A DNA stretch of 64,000 nt, from assembly GCA_963745025.1 (NCBI GenBank), contig CAVUWD010000014.1:96001-160000 (forward strand). The letters run 5' to 3'. The notes under the pieces were generated by a model. It was given only the letters and a program-made list of their open reading frames with translations, searched no databases and had not been told where the DNA came from. Below are positions 1 to 10,799 of this stretch, in pieces (positions within the stretch are counted from its first letter, which is position 1; each line of letters begins with the position of its first letter). The position numbers and the translations under genes are program-made. This stretch comes from an uncultured delta proteobacterium. Lineage in GTDB: Bacteria > Desulfobacterota > Binatia > JACPRU01.

Positions 1-2
1 CG

Positions 3-983
3 CACGAGCAGTTTCTCGATCTTCTCGGTGCGACGAATCTGATTCCCGGGCCGAACTCGACCGAGATGGCGATCCACGTAGGCTACCTGCAGGCGGGCGC
101 GCCAGGACTCCTCGTTGCCGGGGTCTCCTTCATCGTGCCAGCGGTGGTCATCGTGACCGCGGTCGCATGGGCGTACGTCCAATTCGGTTCGCTCCCGGTC
201 GCCGTCGGATTGCTGTCCGGCGTCAAGCCGGTGGTCGTCGCCGTCGTCGTACAGGCGCTTTGGGGACTCGCGCGGAGCGCCGTCAAGACGACCGAGCTCG
301 GTGCTCTCGCCGTCGCGGCAACGATCGCCAATGCCATGGGCGCGGACGAGCTGCTTGTGCTGTTCGCTGCCGGGCTCGTGGCCCTGGCGCTCCGCTCGCA
401 GCGCAACCGCGTACGTTGCGCCGCCGCCGCCCCGCTCTTCCTCTCTCCAGGAGCGATAGCCGCGGCGCCGCTCAGCCTGGGCGCGCTCTTTCTCTTTTTC
501 CTGAAGGTGGGCTCGGTGCTGTTCGGCAGCGGTTACGTGCTGATCGCCTTTCTGCGAGCGGACCTCGTCGGGCGATGGCATTGGCTGTCGGAAGCGCAGC
601 TGCTCGATGCCGTGGCGGTCGGCCAGGTCACGCCGGGCCCCGTGTTCACCACCGCCACGTTCATCGGCTACGTCCTCGGCGGACTCTCTGGAGCGGCGGT
701 CGCGACCGTCGGAATCTTCCTCCCCGCCTTCGTCTTCGTCGCGCTGAGCGGCCCGCTGGTGCCGCGCTTGCGGCGCTCCGCCGTCGCCGGCGCGTTTCTC
801 GACGGCGTGACCGTCGCGTCCCTGGCTCTCATGGCGGTGGTCACGTGCAGGCTCGCGGCAGAGGCGATCGTCGACTGGCCTGCCGCGCTCTTGGCCTCGG
901 CGAGCGCGGTGCTGCTACTCCGATTTCGCGTCAACTCGTCGTGGCTGGTGCTCGGCGGTGCGGTGGTCGGGCTGCTGCGATGA
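3..983 (+). CDS. chrA: Chromate efflux transporter, 5'-truncated by the window edge
   Basis: Frame is open from base 3 (HEQFLDLLGATNLIPGPNSTEM). Duplicated CHR motifs PGP...A.HVGY and FGSGY...GQVTPGPVFTTATFIGY; highly hydrophobic. Confidence 0.9.
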   Translation, partial: HEQFLDLLGATNLIPGPNSTEMAIHVGYLQAGAPGLLVAGVSFIVPAVVIVTAVAWAYVQFGSLPVAVGLLSGVKPVVVAVVVQALWGLARSAVKTTELGALAVAATIANAMGADELLVLFAAGLVALALRSQRNRVRCAAAAPLFLSPGAIAAAPLSLGALFLFFLKVGSVLFGSGYVLIAFLRADLVGRWHWLSEAQLLDAVAVGQVTPGPVFTTATFIGYVLGGLSGAAVATVGIFLPAFVFVALSGPLVPRLRRSAVAGAFLDGVTVASLALMAVVTCRLAAEAIVDWPAALLASASAVLLLRFRVNSSWLVLGGAVVGLLR

Positions 984-1017
984 CGATCGACGGTCGAGCG
1001 CGGGTCGGGCGAGCTCG

Positions 1018-3396
1018 CTACGCGCGCTCGATCCGGCAGCGCACGTAGCGGTGGTGGGGAACGCCGGTGAACGGGTCGCGGTCGGCCACGTCGGTGAGCT
1101 CGTTCTGATTGGCGCCGTCGAGGTGCGTGCCGCCATTGCCCTCGACGGCGACTCTCATGCCAAAGCCGTTCGGCATCCATACGTGTCCCGGGAGCAGCTT
1201 ACTGTCGATCCGCGCGGGCAGCGTGACCGAGCCGCGCCGCGTCGAGATGCGCAGCGTGTCTCCGTCGTCGATGCCGAGATGCGTGGCATCCGCGGGCGAG
1301 AGATTGAGCGCGCAGTGCGGTCCGCGGCCCTTCCGCCACTTCGGATCGCGGTGGATCGTGTTGGCGGTCCAGCGCGTGCGCAGGCCGGCGGCCAGGACGA
1401 ACGGGTAGTCGGCATCGCTCGCCGGAGGAGCGGCCGCAGCGCGGCGGATTTCTTCGATCATCGCCTCGGGTGCGAGCCGGACGCGGCCGTCTTCGAAGCC
1501 GACGTGGTCCTCGAGGTTTCGCTCGGGGTCGATGCGCGCGACCTCCACGCCTTCCGGATGATCGAGGATTCGGCGGAAGATCTCGGTGCCGATCTCGAAC
1601 GGGCTCTTCTCCCGCCACTCGGCGCCGAGCGTGCGCAGAACGCTATCCCTGCGGAGCATCGCGTTCAGGTGACACTGGAGCCAGATCGCCGCCAGCGACG
1701 GCGCCGCGAGCTCGCGGCCGATCGTGCGGTAGCTCCAGAAGAGCACTCGCTCCTTGGCGATCTTCGCGTACTCGGGCTCGCTCGCCGCCAGCGCTTGCGC
1801 CGCGGCGAGGAACTTCCCCGCCCCCTCTGCATCGAGCGCATCCGCGCGCGAGCTCGGCGAGCGCCGCCGGCGGCTCGCCGAAGAGATTCATCGCCTCGGC
1901 CAGGCGCGCATAGATTTCCGGCTCCGGCAGCGCTTCGCCGAGCGCCGGAACGACGGGCGGCCGCACCTGGACGAAGATCTCCGGGTAGCCCTTGGGGAAG
2001 TTCGCCATTTCCCACTTCTCGTAGCCGACCGGCGTCGGCAGGACGTAGTCGGCGAGCACGCGCGGTCTCCGTCATGGCCGGCTCGATCACGACGAGGAGA
2101 TCGAGCCGTTCGCGCGCCTCGCGCCAGCGCGCGGTGTCGGAGTACGAGAGAAGCGGGTTCGATCCCTCGACGATGAGCGCACGCAGGCGCTCGGGGTGGT
2201 CGGCGAGCACCTCCTCGGGCACGAGGGTCGGCGAGAACATGGCGAAGTTGCCGAGCGCCGCGATCGCCGGAATGCCCGAGACGAGCGCGCGCTCGAGCTC
2301 GCGCCCGCGCGTGCGGCTCGCGTCCTTCACCGGCGGCAGCAGGGTCTCGATGAAGATGTTGCCGCCCGCGTCGCCCGACGTTGTCGGTCAGCGTGAGCAG
2401 GACGCGGATGAGGTAGGAGATCAGCGTCGAGAACGGCGTCTGCTCGACGCCGAGGTCGTAGAAGATCGCCGCCGACTCGGCGCGCGCGAAGCTCGGACGC
2501 CGTCTCGACCAGCGCGGCGGTGTCGATTCCCGAGCGTCGCGCCATCTCGTCCACGTCGACGGTCGCGAGCGCCTCGCGCAGGATCTCGAAGTCGCGTGTG
2601 CGCTCGCGCACGAACTCGTCGTCGACGAGCTCGTTTCGCACGATCGCCGCGGCCATGCCGAGGAGCAGATAGGCGTCGGTTCCGGGCCGCACGCGCAGGT
2701 GGCGGTGAGCGCCGCGGGTGGTCTCGGTCTCGCGCGGGTCGACCACCACCATGCGGCGCGCTGGGATCTTCGACGAAGCGCTTGAAGCTCTCGGTCGGGT
2801 TGTGGCCGCGGTTGCGAGATCCGCGGGTTGGTGCCGAGCACGAGAAGGAAGCGGGCGTTCTCCATGTCGGCATGGAAGAACGTCGCCGGCGAGGCGTCGA
2901 ACATCCACTGATCCATCAGGTTGTGCTGGGTCTTCTCCTGAGCGAAGGCGTTGAACCAGCGCCGCGAGCCGAGCGCGCGGAGAAACCCGAGACCGTAGGG
3001 CGCGTCCATGTGGTTGCCCTGGCCGCCGATGCCGACCAGGCCGATCGATCGCGGCGAGTGCTCGGCGCGGATCTCACGGAGCTTCGCGCCGATCTCGGCG
3101 ATTGCGGTGTCCCAGCCGACGCGCTCGAAGCTGCCGTCGGCGCGCCGGCGCAGCGGATGCTCGAGACGCTGTGCATGGTTCACGTAGAAGGGAATGCTGA
3201 CGGCCTTGTTGCAGATGTAGCCGGTCGTGATCGGGCTCGTTTCGTCGCCGCGAACGGCGGTGATCTTCCCCGCGCGGACGTCGACGCGCACGGCGCAGTT
3301 GTGGCTGCAGAGCACGCAGACGGTGGCGAGGTCGTCGCCGTCGAGCGCGAGCGGCGTCTTCGAAATCGAGGGATCGAGGGTTCGGGTCGCGGTCAT
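1018..3396 (-). CDS. Molybdopterin (Mo-bisPGD, DMSO-reductase family) oxidoreductase with an N-terminal 4Fe-4S motif; several frameshifts
   Basis: CVLCSHNC...ICNK, GWDTAIAEI, LIVEGSNPLLS, ADYVLPTP..YEK and a C-terminal molydop_binding domain (HCALNLSPADA..GI.DGD...TRRGSV). Spread over ORFs 1888-3588, 2327-2908, 1665-2330, 1643-2059 and 1018-1746. Confidence 0.85.
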
Positions 3397-3881
3397 GAAT
3401 GGACTCCTTTCGCAATCGCCGAGCGGCGTCCGCGGAGGGCGGGCCCCGGCCGCACGGTCATGTCGCGCGCCCCCACGGGTTCTCCGCACTCGGGACAGGC
3501 CAGCGCGGGCATGACGTGGCGGCCGCAGCCACGATGGACGAGCTCGATCGGCGGCCCGGCCTTGCCGGCCATCCAGCGGTCGCCCCAACGCGTGAGCGAG
3601 ACGATGATCGGATAGAGATCTCGGCCCTTCTCCGTCAAGCGGTACTCGAAACGCGCCGGATGCTCCCGGTAGCGGACGCGCTCGAGGATCCCGTGTCGCA
3701 CGAGCTTTCGCAGGCGGTCGGCCAGGCGGTGACGCGTCGTGCCGAGATCGCGCTGGAAGTCCTCGAATCGACGGACGCCGAGAAACGCATCGCGCAGCAC
3801 GAGCAACGTCCAGCGATCGCCCACCACCGACAGAGCGCGCGCAACCGAGCAGGTCATGTCCCCGATCTGGCTCCAGCGCAT
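3393..3881 (-). CDS. HxlR-family winged-helix transcriptional regulator
   Basis: CSVARALSVVGDRWTLLVLRD...RRFEDFQ...EYRLTEKGRDL and a C-terminal HxxCG...CPECG. Its stop overlaps the oxidoreductase ATG (ATGA). Confidence 0.92.
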   Translation of the reverse strand: MRWSQIGDMTCSVARALSVVGDRWTLLVLRDAFLGVRRFEDFQRDLGTTRHRLADRLRKLVRHGILERVRYREHPARFEYRLTEKGRDLYPIIVSLTRWGDRWMAGKAGPPIELVHRGCGRHVMPALACPECGEPVGARDMTVRPGPALRGRRSAIAKGVHS

Positions 3882-3918
3882 GGCGGGCACTATAAGTTCC
3901 AAATTAGAACTGAGTCAA
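3882..3918 (-). promoter_or_regulatory. Sigma70-like leaderless promoter with an operator palindrome
   Basis: TTGACT-18 bp-TATAGT-7 nt-ATG. The spacer contains AGTTC-N7-GAACT. Confidence 0.7.
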
Positions 3919-4145
3919 GCGAATCGGCAGTTTCTCCGTACGGTCGTCGGTGGATTGCCGGATCGGCGCGTGCGCGCCACGTCACGACCAGTCGAGGTGC
4001 TTCACCGCGACCGGGACTGCGGGGCGCTCGCGAGAGTTTCCGGCTTGCGCGAGCGATCCGCCTGCGGGGTCTGATTCGTTCGAACTTCCGCCTTGCGAGG
4101 AAGGAAGCAATTTCGATCGTGCCGCAACGTCCCCCCCTCGGGCAC

Positions 4146-5186
4146 TCACGCGAGCGGCGGGCCAGCCGGGAGGCCCGACGGCTCGCGCCAGCGACCCAGG
4201 AACTCCTCGGCGAGAGCACAGCCGCCGGCGAACGCTCCGCGCGGGTGTTTCATCGCCATCGCGATGAGGTCGACGATCCGGCGTTCGACCAGGTCGAGCA
4301 TCTCGCGATGTGTCGCGACCGACGTCGACACGTAGCCGAGCACTGCGCCCGCGTTGCAGATGAAATCCGGCAGGGCGAGAATGCCGCGCTCGCCGAGGAC
4401 CTCCGGCGCGCCGGCCACGTACGGAACGTTCGCGGCGGGCGCGATCACCCGAACCGCGACTCTCCGCGCCCGCTCGGCGTCGATCACGCCCGTTCGCGCT
4501 CCGGGCACGAGGACGTCGGCTGCGACGTCGAATAGGGCAGCGGGCGAGCGGACCTCGAGCCCGAGATGCCGGACGAGTTCGTCGCCGTGACTGGCCCGCA
4601 GCCGCCAGAGCTCCTCCACGTCGATCCCGCCCGCGTTCGCCACCGAGCCTGCGAGGGTCGACAGAGCAACGACCCGCGCGCCTCGTCGCACTGCCTCGCG
4701 GGCGGCGCCGCCCCCGACCTTGCCGAAACCTTCGATGGCGACCGACCGTCCGTGGAGCGAGCCGAGCGCCGCCTCGGCGGCGATGACGACGCCGAAGCCG
4801 GTGAGCACGTCCTCGAACGAGATTCCATCCATCGGCTGCGACATCACGCCCGTCTCACCGGGACGCCGCAGCGGCGCAAAGTCGGCCTCGAACGTCCCGA
4901 GGTCCGGACCGGTGAGAAAACGCACGGATTCGACGAGCGGCCGGATCTCCTCGCAGTAGCGCCGCATCAGCTCGACACGGTCTTCGGCATGGCCACGGAC
5001 GACCGCTTTGGCTCCGCCCATTTCGAGCCCGAGCGCCGCGAACTTGTAGGTCATCGCCCTCGCCAATAGGCGCGCCTCTCGTTCGCTCACGTCCGGTGCC
5101 AGCCTCGTCCCGCCGGCGTTGACGCGGCAATCGTCGAGATCGAAGGCGATGAAGCCGTCGACGTTCTTCAGTTGGAGAAGACCCAT
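4146..5186 (-). CDS. Glu/Leu/Phe/Val dehydrogenase family protein
   Basis: GGTR, LARAMTYK, GGAK, GPDLGT, GFGKVG, APAAN and LPDFICNAGAV motifs. Confidence 0.88.
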   Translation of the reverse strand: MGLLQLKNVDGFIAFDLDDCRVNAGGTRLAPDVSEREARLLARAMTYKFAALGLEMGGAKAVVRGHAEDRVELMRRYCEEIRPLVESVRFLTGPDLGTFEADFAPLRRPGETGVMSQPMDGISFEDVLTGFGVVIAAEAALGSLHGRSVAIEGFGKVGGGAAREAVRRGARVVALSTLAGSVANAGGIDVEELWRLRASHGDELVRHLGLEVRSPAALFDVAADVLVPGARTGVIDAERARRVAVRVIAPAANVPYVAGAPEVLGERGILALPDFICNAGAVLGYVSTSVATHREMLDLVERRIVDLIAMAMKHPRGAFAGGCALAEEFLGRWREPSGLPAGPPLA

Positions 5187-5242
5187 GGAAACTGGCTCTC
5201 CACTGCCGTCCGCACCACCCGCATTCGCACGTCATCCACTCA

Positions 5243-6208
5243 CTACTTGATGGCCTGCGGATTGATCGGCGATCCAACCGCTCCGGTAATCGGCAACGGC
5301 GGGGCGACGAAGAAGAACTCATAGACGCCGTCCTGCGCACAATCGGCGGCGAGCGGATCGAGATCGAAGATCTCGCCGATCAGGATTCCCGTGTGCACGA
5401 GCGACACGCAGTGGATCGGCTGCAAGACGTCGGGCGTCTCGTTGGGCAGGACCTCGGTGCCCCACGTGTCGGTGGCAAAGCCGGCGATCTCCTTCTCGTA
5501 GATCCATTGGGCGCAGGCGAGGCTCAAGCCCGGCGCATCGCTGGTGCCCGCGTAGCTTCCCCAGGCTCCCTGCTTGCGGCACATCGCCATCTGCCCCGTG
5601 CGGATGAGCACGATGTCGCCACGCTCGACCGATACGCCTTCGGCCTTGGCGGCGCCGTCGAGGTCTTCGGGATAGACCGCCTCCCCCGGCTCCAGCCAGT
5701 CCTTCTTCTTCAGGCTCGGGATGTCGAGGAGCACGCCGCGCGTGGCGAGCTTGTTGCGGAGCGGCACGATGCTGTTCTTCTCCGCGCCGTTGCTGTTGAC
5801 GGCCGATGGGGGCCGGTCGTTGTACATCTTTCCATCGAAGAAGATGTGGGCCAGGGCATCCCATTGCGTGGCGCACTGGAGCGGCATGACGATCGCATCG
5901 TCCGTGTAGCGCAGCGTCGGGATCCAGTCCTGCGCGCCCGACACGACATCGCCGCCGTCCTGCATCATGTAGTGAATGGGATTCACCCGCCCGGCGAAGC
6001 CCGTCTGTGGCCCGTCCTTGTCGAACGGAATCGCCAGCCCGAAGATCCTTCCCTGGCGCACCAGCCGCGCGGCCGCGCAGACCTTCTCCGGGGTGATGAA
6101 GTTCACGGTTCCGAGCTCGTCGTCCGCGCCCCACCGCCCCCAGTTCGAAAACCGCTTCGCCATCTCGCGGACGTCGCGCACGGTGAACGACAGCTTCTTC
6201 GCACTCAT
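5243..6208 (-). CDS. Cyclase-family metal-dependent hydrolase
   Basis: NWGRWGADDELGTVN, TQWDALAH, RGVLLD, GDIVLIRTG, GE.FDLD.LA..C, GSPINPQAIK. Confidence 0.9.
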   Translation of the reverse strand: MSAKKLSFTVRDVREMAKRFSNWGRWGADDELGTVNFITPEKVCAAARLVRQGRIFGLAIPFDKDGPQTGFAGRVNPIHYMMQDGGDVVSGAQDWIPTLRYTDDAIVMPLQCATQWDALAHIFFDGKMYNDRPPSAVNSNGAEKNSIVPLRNKLATRGVLLDIPSLKKKDWLEPGEAVYPEDLDGAAKAEGVSVERGDIVLIRTGQMAMCRKQGAWGSYAGTSDAPGLSLACAQWIYEKEIAGFATDTWGTEVLPNETPDVLQPIHCVSLVHTGILIGEIFDLDPLAADCAQDGVYEFFFVAPPLPITGAVGSPINPQAIK

Positions 6209-6269
6209 GGCTCGCCCCCCTCTGTTGCTCGCCTAAAAGTCCCCCAGGAGGAAACGCACCGGGCTCCTC

Positions 6270-7883
6270 CTAGATGATCCTCTCGGCAAGGAACACCCCG
6301 ACCCTGTCGATCGCGATTCGCTCCTGCCGGCCGGTGTCGCGATAGCGAACCGTCACGGTCTCGTCCTGGACGGTCTGACCGTCGATCGTGAAGCAGAACG
6401 GCGTGCCCGCCTCGTCCATCCGCGCGTAGCGCTTGCCGATCGATCTGCTTCACGTCGAACTGCGACGGACGACTCGATTGCGGATGTCGTGGTAGAGCTT
6501 CTCGGCGATCTCGGGCATGCCGTCCTTGTTCACGAGCGGGAAGATCGCCCGCCTTGATGGGCGCCAGGCGCGGGTGGAAGCTCATGCAGCTCTGGCTCGG
6601 GCGCGAGCTCGTCGACGCGTGTAGGCCTCGCAGAGCACCGCCAGCAGGCCGCGCGTGAGCCCCGCGGCCGGCTCGATCACGTGCGGGAGGTAGCGCTCGT
6701 TCCGCTCCTGGTCGAAGTACTCGAGGCCGACGCCGCTCGCCTTCTGATGCTGGGCGAGATCGAAGTCGCTGCGGTAGGCGATGCCCTCGAGCTCGCTGAA
6801 GCCCTTCTCCCCGGAGAACGGGAAATGCGTACTCGACGTCGCAGCAGCCGCCGTTGTCCTTCGCGTAGTGCGCGAGCTCGTCCTTCTCGTGGTCGCGCAG
6901 GCGAAGGTTTTCGCCCGCGAGGCCGAGCTTGCACCACCAGTCGTAAGCGGTTCTTCGCGCCAGAAGTGGTACCAGTCGTTCGCCTCGCTCGGGTGGCACG
7001 AAGAACTCGAGCTCCATCTGCTCGAACTCGCGCGAGCGGAAGATGAAGTTCCGCGGCGTGACCTCGTTGCGGAATCCGCTTGCCGACCTGGCGATGCCGA
7101 ACGGCACCTTCACGCGCGTCGAGTCGAGCACGTTCTTGAAGTTGTAGAACATCCCCTGCGCCGTCTCGGGCCGGAGATAGGCCTTGCTCTCCTCGTCGAC
7201 GCAGGCGCCGACGTAGGTCTCGAACATCAGGTTGAACTGCCGCGGCTCGGTGAGCGTCCCGCCGCAGACCGGGCATGGGATCACGAGCTCGCTCCCGCCG
7301 CTCGCCAGCAGCTCGAGCAAGCGCTCCACGCGCCGATCGGCCGGCGGGTGCTCGTTGAATGGGACGATCCATGCCTCGATCGTCGACGGGTCACGCACCG
7401 CGAGCAACCCCGGCGCGAGCTTTTTGCCCTTGTGCTGGACCCATTTCCTGAGCGCCGCCGCGGTGATCGGATCTTCTTCGAGCACGTCCAGCAGCGAGTC
7501 CACCCACTCGCTTTCCTCGTAGAGGAGCGGCCAGACCTGGTCGGCGCGATGGCGGGCTTGCAGTGCCTGCAGTCCTGCATCGGATCGGCGAAGCCCGCGA
7601 CGTGGCCGCTCGCCTCCCACACTTTGGGATGGCTGATGATCGAGCAGTCGAGACCGACGATGTCGAGCTCTTTGCCGTCGGGTCCGGTCGGCGGGGCCAG
7701 CACCATGTCGCGCCACCAGCGGTCGCGAATGTTGTTCTTGAGCAGCACGCCGAGCGGGCCGTAGTCCCAGAACCCGTCGATGCCTCCGTAGATCTCGGAC
7801 GACTGGAAGATGAATCCGCGCCGCCGGCAGAGCGCGACGATGGCATCCATGCTCTTGGTGGAGTTCGAGATCGCTCCGGTCAT
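6270..7883 (-). CDS. glyQS: Glycine--tRNA ligase, alpha2 type; multiple frameshifts
   Basis: [62 protein letters not shown]; ELEGIAYR and [13 protein letters not shown] occur in shifted frames. Confidence 0.9.
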
Positions 7884-7960
7884 CGCAGCTCCGTCCGTCG
7901 AGAGAAGAAGGCGCGGACAATACGCGAATCGATCGCGCCCGACAACGACGATCGCGGCGC

Positions 7961-8476
7961 TTACGGGGTCGGGGTGGGTGTCGGGCTCGGGGGCGTGGCC
8001 GTAGCGGCCGGCACCGGAGGGGGCGCCAGCCTCGCTCGGAGGGACATGTCGAAAGAACCCGATTGCGTCGACGAGCAGTTGCTTTCGGTCACGTAGGTGC
8101 CGCTGATCTCGGTCGGGCTGACCAGCGTGCCCGTCACCTGATATTCGCACGTCGTGATGCTGAAGCAGTTCGGGTCGATGCATTCCAAGAGAGTGAGCTG
8201 CACGTTCGTCGTTTCCGGAGGACTACCGGTGATCTGGAAATTCTTGTTGAGGGTAGGGGATTGAAACGTGAAGTTCCACGACCCGCCGAGCTCGCAGCCA
8301 CTCTGCAGGATCGTGGCTTCGATCGTTCCAGGATTGCCCCGCGAGACGTCGTCTTGAAGTACCGGGCCGCTCCAGGCTCCGGTGATATCCGTGGTCGAGC
8401 CACATGTGCTGCCTCCGCCGCCGCCTCCGCAGCCGACGAGCAGCAATGCGATGATGCCGAATAGGGGGCGCCGCAT
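7961..8476 (-). CDS. Hypothetical lipoprotein with a Pro/Thr-rich tail
   Basis: [16 protein letters not shown] lipobox, Gly linker, ITGAWSG beta-rich domain and PTPTPTP end. Confidence 0.7.
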   Translation of the reverse strand: MRRPLFGIIALLLVGCGGGGGGSTCGSTTDITGAWSGPVLQDDVSRGNPGTIEATILQSGCELGGSWNFTFQSPTLNKNFQITGSPPETTNVQLTLLECIDPNCFSITTCEYQVTGTLVSPTEISGTYVTESNCSSTQSGSFDMSLRARLAPPPVPAATATPPSPTPTPTP

Positions 8477-8575
8477 GGTCGTGGGTCGCAGACGCATATC
8501 GTAGTTGGCGGTCGAGGTCACGCGCCGGTCAAGACCGCAGAGCCGCCTTGCCGAGCGGCATTCACCGCTCTTCGC

Positions 8576-8647
8576 TCATCGTCGCCGACCGGCGACGAAC
8601 GCTCCCCAGGTCTTCCGTGCCAGTTCCTTGTTCTTGCTGGTTCGCAT
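8576..8647 (-). pseudogene. 23-aa ORF, possible SnoaL/NTF2-like N-terminal remnant
   Basis: GAGGAGG upstream; MRTSKNKELARKTWGAFVAGRRR*. Confidence 0.4.
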
Positions 8648-8706
8648 GTGACGCCGCCACCCCCCTCCTCGTATGATCACGGCGGCGCGGATTCAAGGCC
8701 GGACGG

Positions 8707-8749
8707 AATATTACGAACATTGACCGGCTTTCTCATCAACAGTAATATT
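8707..8749 (+). promoter_or_regulatory. Promoter of the desaturase gene with a flanking inverted repeat
   Basis: TTGACC(8720)-17 bp-TAATAT(8743); AATATTAC(8707)...GTAATATT(8742). Confidence 0.55.
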
Positions 8750-8832
8750 TCGTCTCGCGATAAACCTGACGCCAAAGAGCTTGATCCTCGACCTGCTCTC
8801 GACGCTCGGGGGGGCGCATGAGGGAAACGACC

Positions 8833-9750
8833 ATGACCTGGCAAGAGGCGCTCACGCGCGACGAGATTCGCGAGCTCATCGAGATTCGTGATTGGCGCGC
8901 CTGGCTCTCGATCGTCCTCGATTGGGGACTCATCGGCGCGTCGTTCGCGCTCGTCGCCGCGTTCCCGAACCCGCTCTCGATCGTCGTCGCGATCGCCGTG
9001 ATCGGCAGCCGCCAGCTCGGCCTCGCGATCCTGATGCACGACGCCGCGCACCGCGCCCTTCTCCGCAATCGCTCCTGGAACGACTGGGTCGGCAACTGGC
9101 TCTGCGCCTATCCGGTCTGGAACGACGTGCATCCCTATCGCAAGTATCATCTCCAGCACCATGCCAAGACGTGGACGGACGAGGACCCCGATCTCGAGCT
9201 CGCCACTCCCTTTCCGATCAATCGAGCGAGCCTCAAGCGGAAGTTTTGGCGCGATCTTTCGGGACAGACCGGTTGGAAGCGCTTCCAGGCGATCCTCAAT
9301 CGCGATGTCGGGCGCTCGCGCGGGCGCGTCCAGCGCGACTTCGGCTCCGGCCTTCAGGCGCTGCACGGCGTGGTGATCACCAACCTGGTGCTGCTCGGGC
9401 TCCTCACCCTCTTCGGCCACCCGGCGCTCTATCTGCTCTGGATCGTCGCCTGGTTCACGACCTACAGCCTCGTCATGCGCATCCGCTCGATCGCCGAGCA
9501 TGCGATGGTCCCCGACATCAAGGACGAGCTGCGCAACACCCGTACGACGCTCGCCCGCTGGTGGGAGCGCCTGCTGATCGCGCCGAACCGCGTGAACTTC
9601 CACCTCGAGCACCACCTCTTGATGACGGTGCCGCACTACAACCTGCCCCGCCTGCACCACATGCTGCGCAGCCGTGGCGTGCTCGCCGACGCCTGCGTGA
9701 CCGACGGCTACTGGAACGTTCTGAATCTCGCCGCGTCGAAAGCAGCCTGA
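8833..9750 (+). CDS. Membrane fatty acid desaturase family protein
   Basis: Three His boxes: HDAAH, HLQHH, HLEHH. Confidence 0.9.
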   Translation: MTWQEALTRDEIRELIEIRDWRAWLSIVLDWGLIGASFALVAAFPNPLSIVVAIAVIGSRQLGLAILMHDAAHRALLRNRSWNDWVGNWLCAYPVWNDVHPYRKYHLQHHAKTWTDEDPDLELATPFPINRASLKRKFWRDLSGQTGWKRFQAILNRDVGRSRGRVQRDFGSGLQALHGVVITNLVLLGLLTLFGHPALYLLWIVAWFTTYSLVMRIRSIAEHAMVPDIKDELRNTRTTLARWWERLLIAPNRVNFHLEHHLLMTVPHYNLPRLHHMLRSRGVLADACVTDGYWNVLNLAASKAA

Positions 9751-9752
9751 GG

Positions 9753-9822
9753 CTAGCTCCGCAGGATGTTGCATCCCCTTTGATCGCGCCCAACGGGCGC
9801 GATCCGTGGCGCACGCTCCTCG
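9753..9822. mobile_element. Second copy of the 63-bp CTAG-flanked hairpin element
   Basis: 8 mismatches and 1 gap versus 36114-36176. Perfect stem GATCGCGCCC-AAC-GGGCGCGATC. Left flank CTAG, right flank CTCG. Confidence 0.75.
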
Positions 9823-9905
9823 CTCGGCAGACCGCGTCGGCCGGAGAGGGTTCGCGACGAATCGGCCGAAAGATTTGCTAGGGTGCGCGGCCGGGAGGAC
9901 GAACC

Positions 9906-10763
9906 ATGAACTTCTCTTCGCTGCTGTACGAGACCCGCGGCCGGATCGCTCGCATCACGCTGAATCGCCCCGAGCGTCTGAACGCGATCGACCCGAAAAT
10001 GCCGCGCGAGATCCGCCAAGCCGTCGAGCGCGCCAACGACGACGACGACGTCCACGTCATCGTCCTCGCGGGAGCGGGGCGCACATTTTGCGCCGGTTAC
10101 GATCTGAAGATATGGGCCGAGGGTCACAGCGAAGGCATCCAGGAAAAGATGCCCTGGGATCCGATGAAGGATTATCGCGGCATGAAGCGGAACACCGACG
10201 ACTTCTTCTCACTCTGGCGCTCCTACAAGCCAACGATCTGTAAAGTGCAGGGACACGCGGTCGCCGGCGGGAGCGACATCGCGCTCTGCTGCGACCTGGT
10301 CGTCATGGCCGAAGACGCACGCATCGGCTACATGCCGGCACGGGTATGGGGTTGTCCGACCACCGCGATGTGGGTGTTCCGTCTCGGAGCCGAGAAGGCC
10401 AAGCGGATGCTCCTCACCGGCGACACCATCGACGGCAAAACGGCGGCGGCGTGGGGGCTCGTCTATCAATCGGTGCCGGCCGCCGAGCTCGATCGAGCCG
10501 CGGATGCGCTCGCCGAGCGAATGGCATCGGTGCCGAAGAATCAGCTGATGATGCAGAAGCTGATGATCAACCAGGCCTACGAGAACATGGGCCTTGCCAA
10601 TACGCAGATGATCGCCACGCTCTTCGATGGCATCACCCGCCACTCGCCGGAAGGGTTTTGGTTCAAACGCTACGCCGAGAGCCACGGCTTCCACGCGGCC
10701 GTCGAGTGGCGCGACTCGGGACGAGCGATTCCCGAGGGGGGCGTCGAGACGGAAGAGAAGTGA
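9906..10763 (+). CDS. Enoyl-CoA hydratase/crotonase family protein
   Basis: [33 protein letters not shown]. Confidence 0.92.
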   Translation: MNFSSLLYETRGRIARITLNRPERLNAIDPKMPREIRQAVERANDDDDVHVIVLAGAGRTFCAGYDLKIWAEGHSEGIQEKMPWDPMKDYRGMKRNTDDFFSLWRSYKPTICKVQGHAVAGGSDIALCCDLVVMAEDARIGYMPARVWGCPTTAMWVFRLGAEKAKRMLLTGDTIDGKTAAAWGLVYQSVPAAELDRAADALAERMASVPKNQLMMQKLMINQAYENMGLANTQMIATLFDGITRHSPEGFWFKRYAESHGFHAAVEWRDSGRAIPEGGVETEEK

Positions 10764-10799
10764 TCGGTCTTCGGCTTTCTGTCTTCGGCGCGCATCATC

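Noticed and set aside
1018-3396. Selenocysteine in the molybdoenzyme
   Set aside because: The breaks are frameshifts, and there is no in-frame TGA at the Mo-ligand region.
958-3615. Long antisense or alternative-frame ORFs (958-3615, 18139-20937, 45526-47481, 59514-61220 and others)
   Set aside because: They are shadows of real genes in a high-GC genome: Arg/Pro-rich translations with no motifs.
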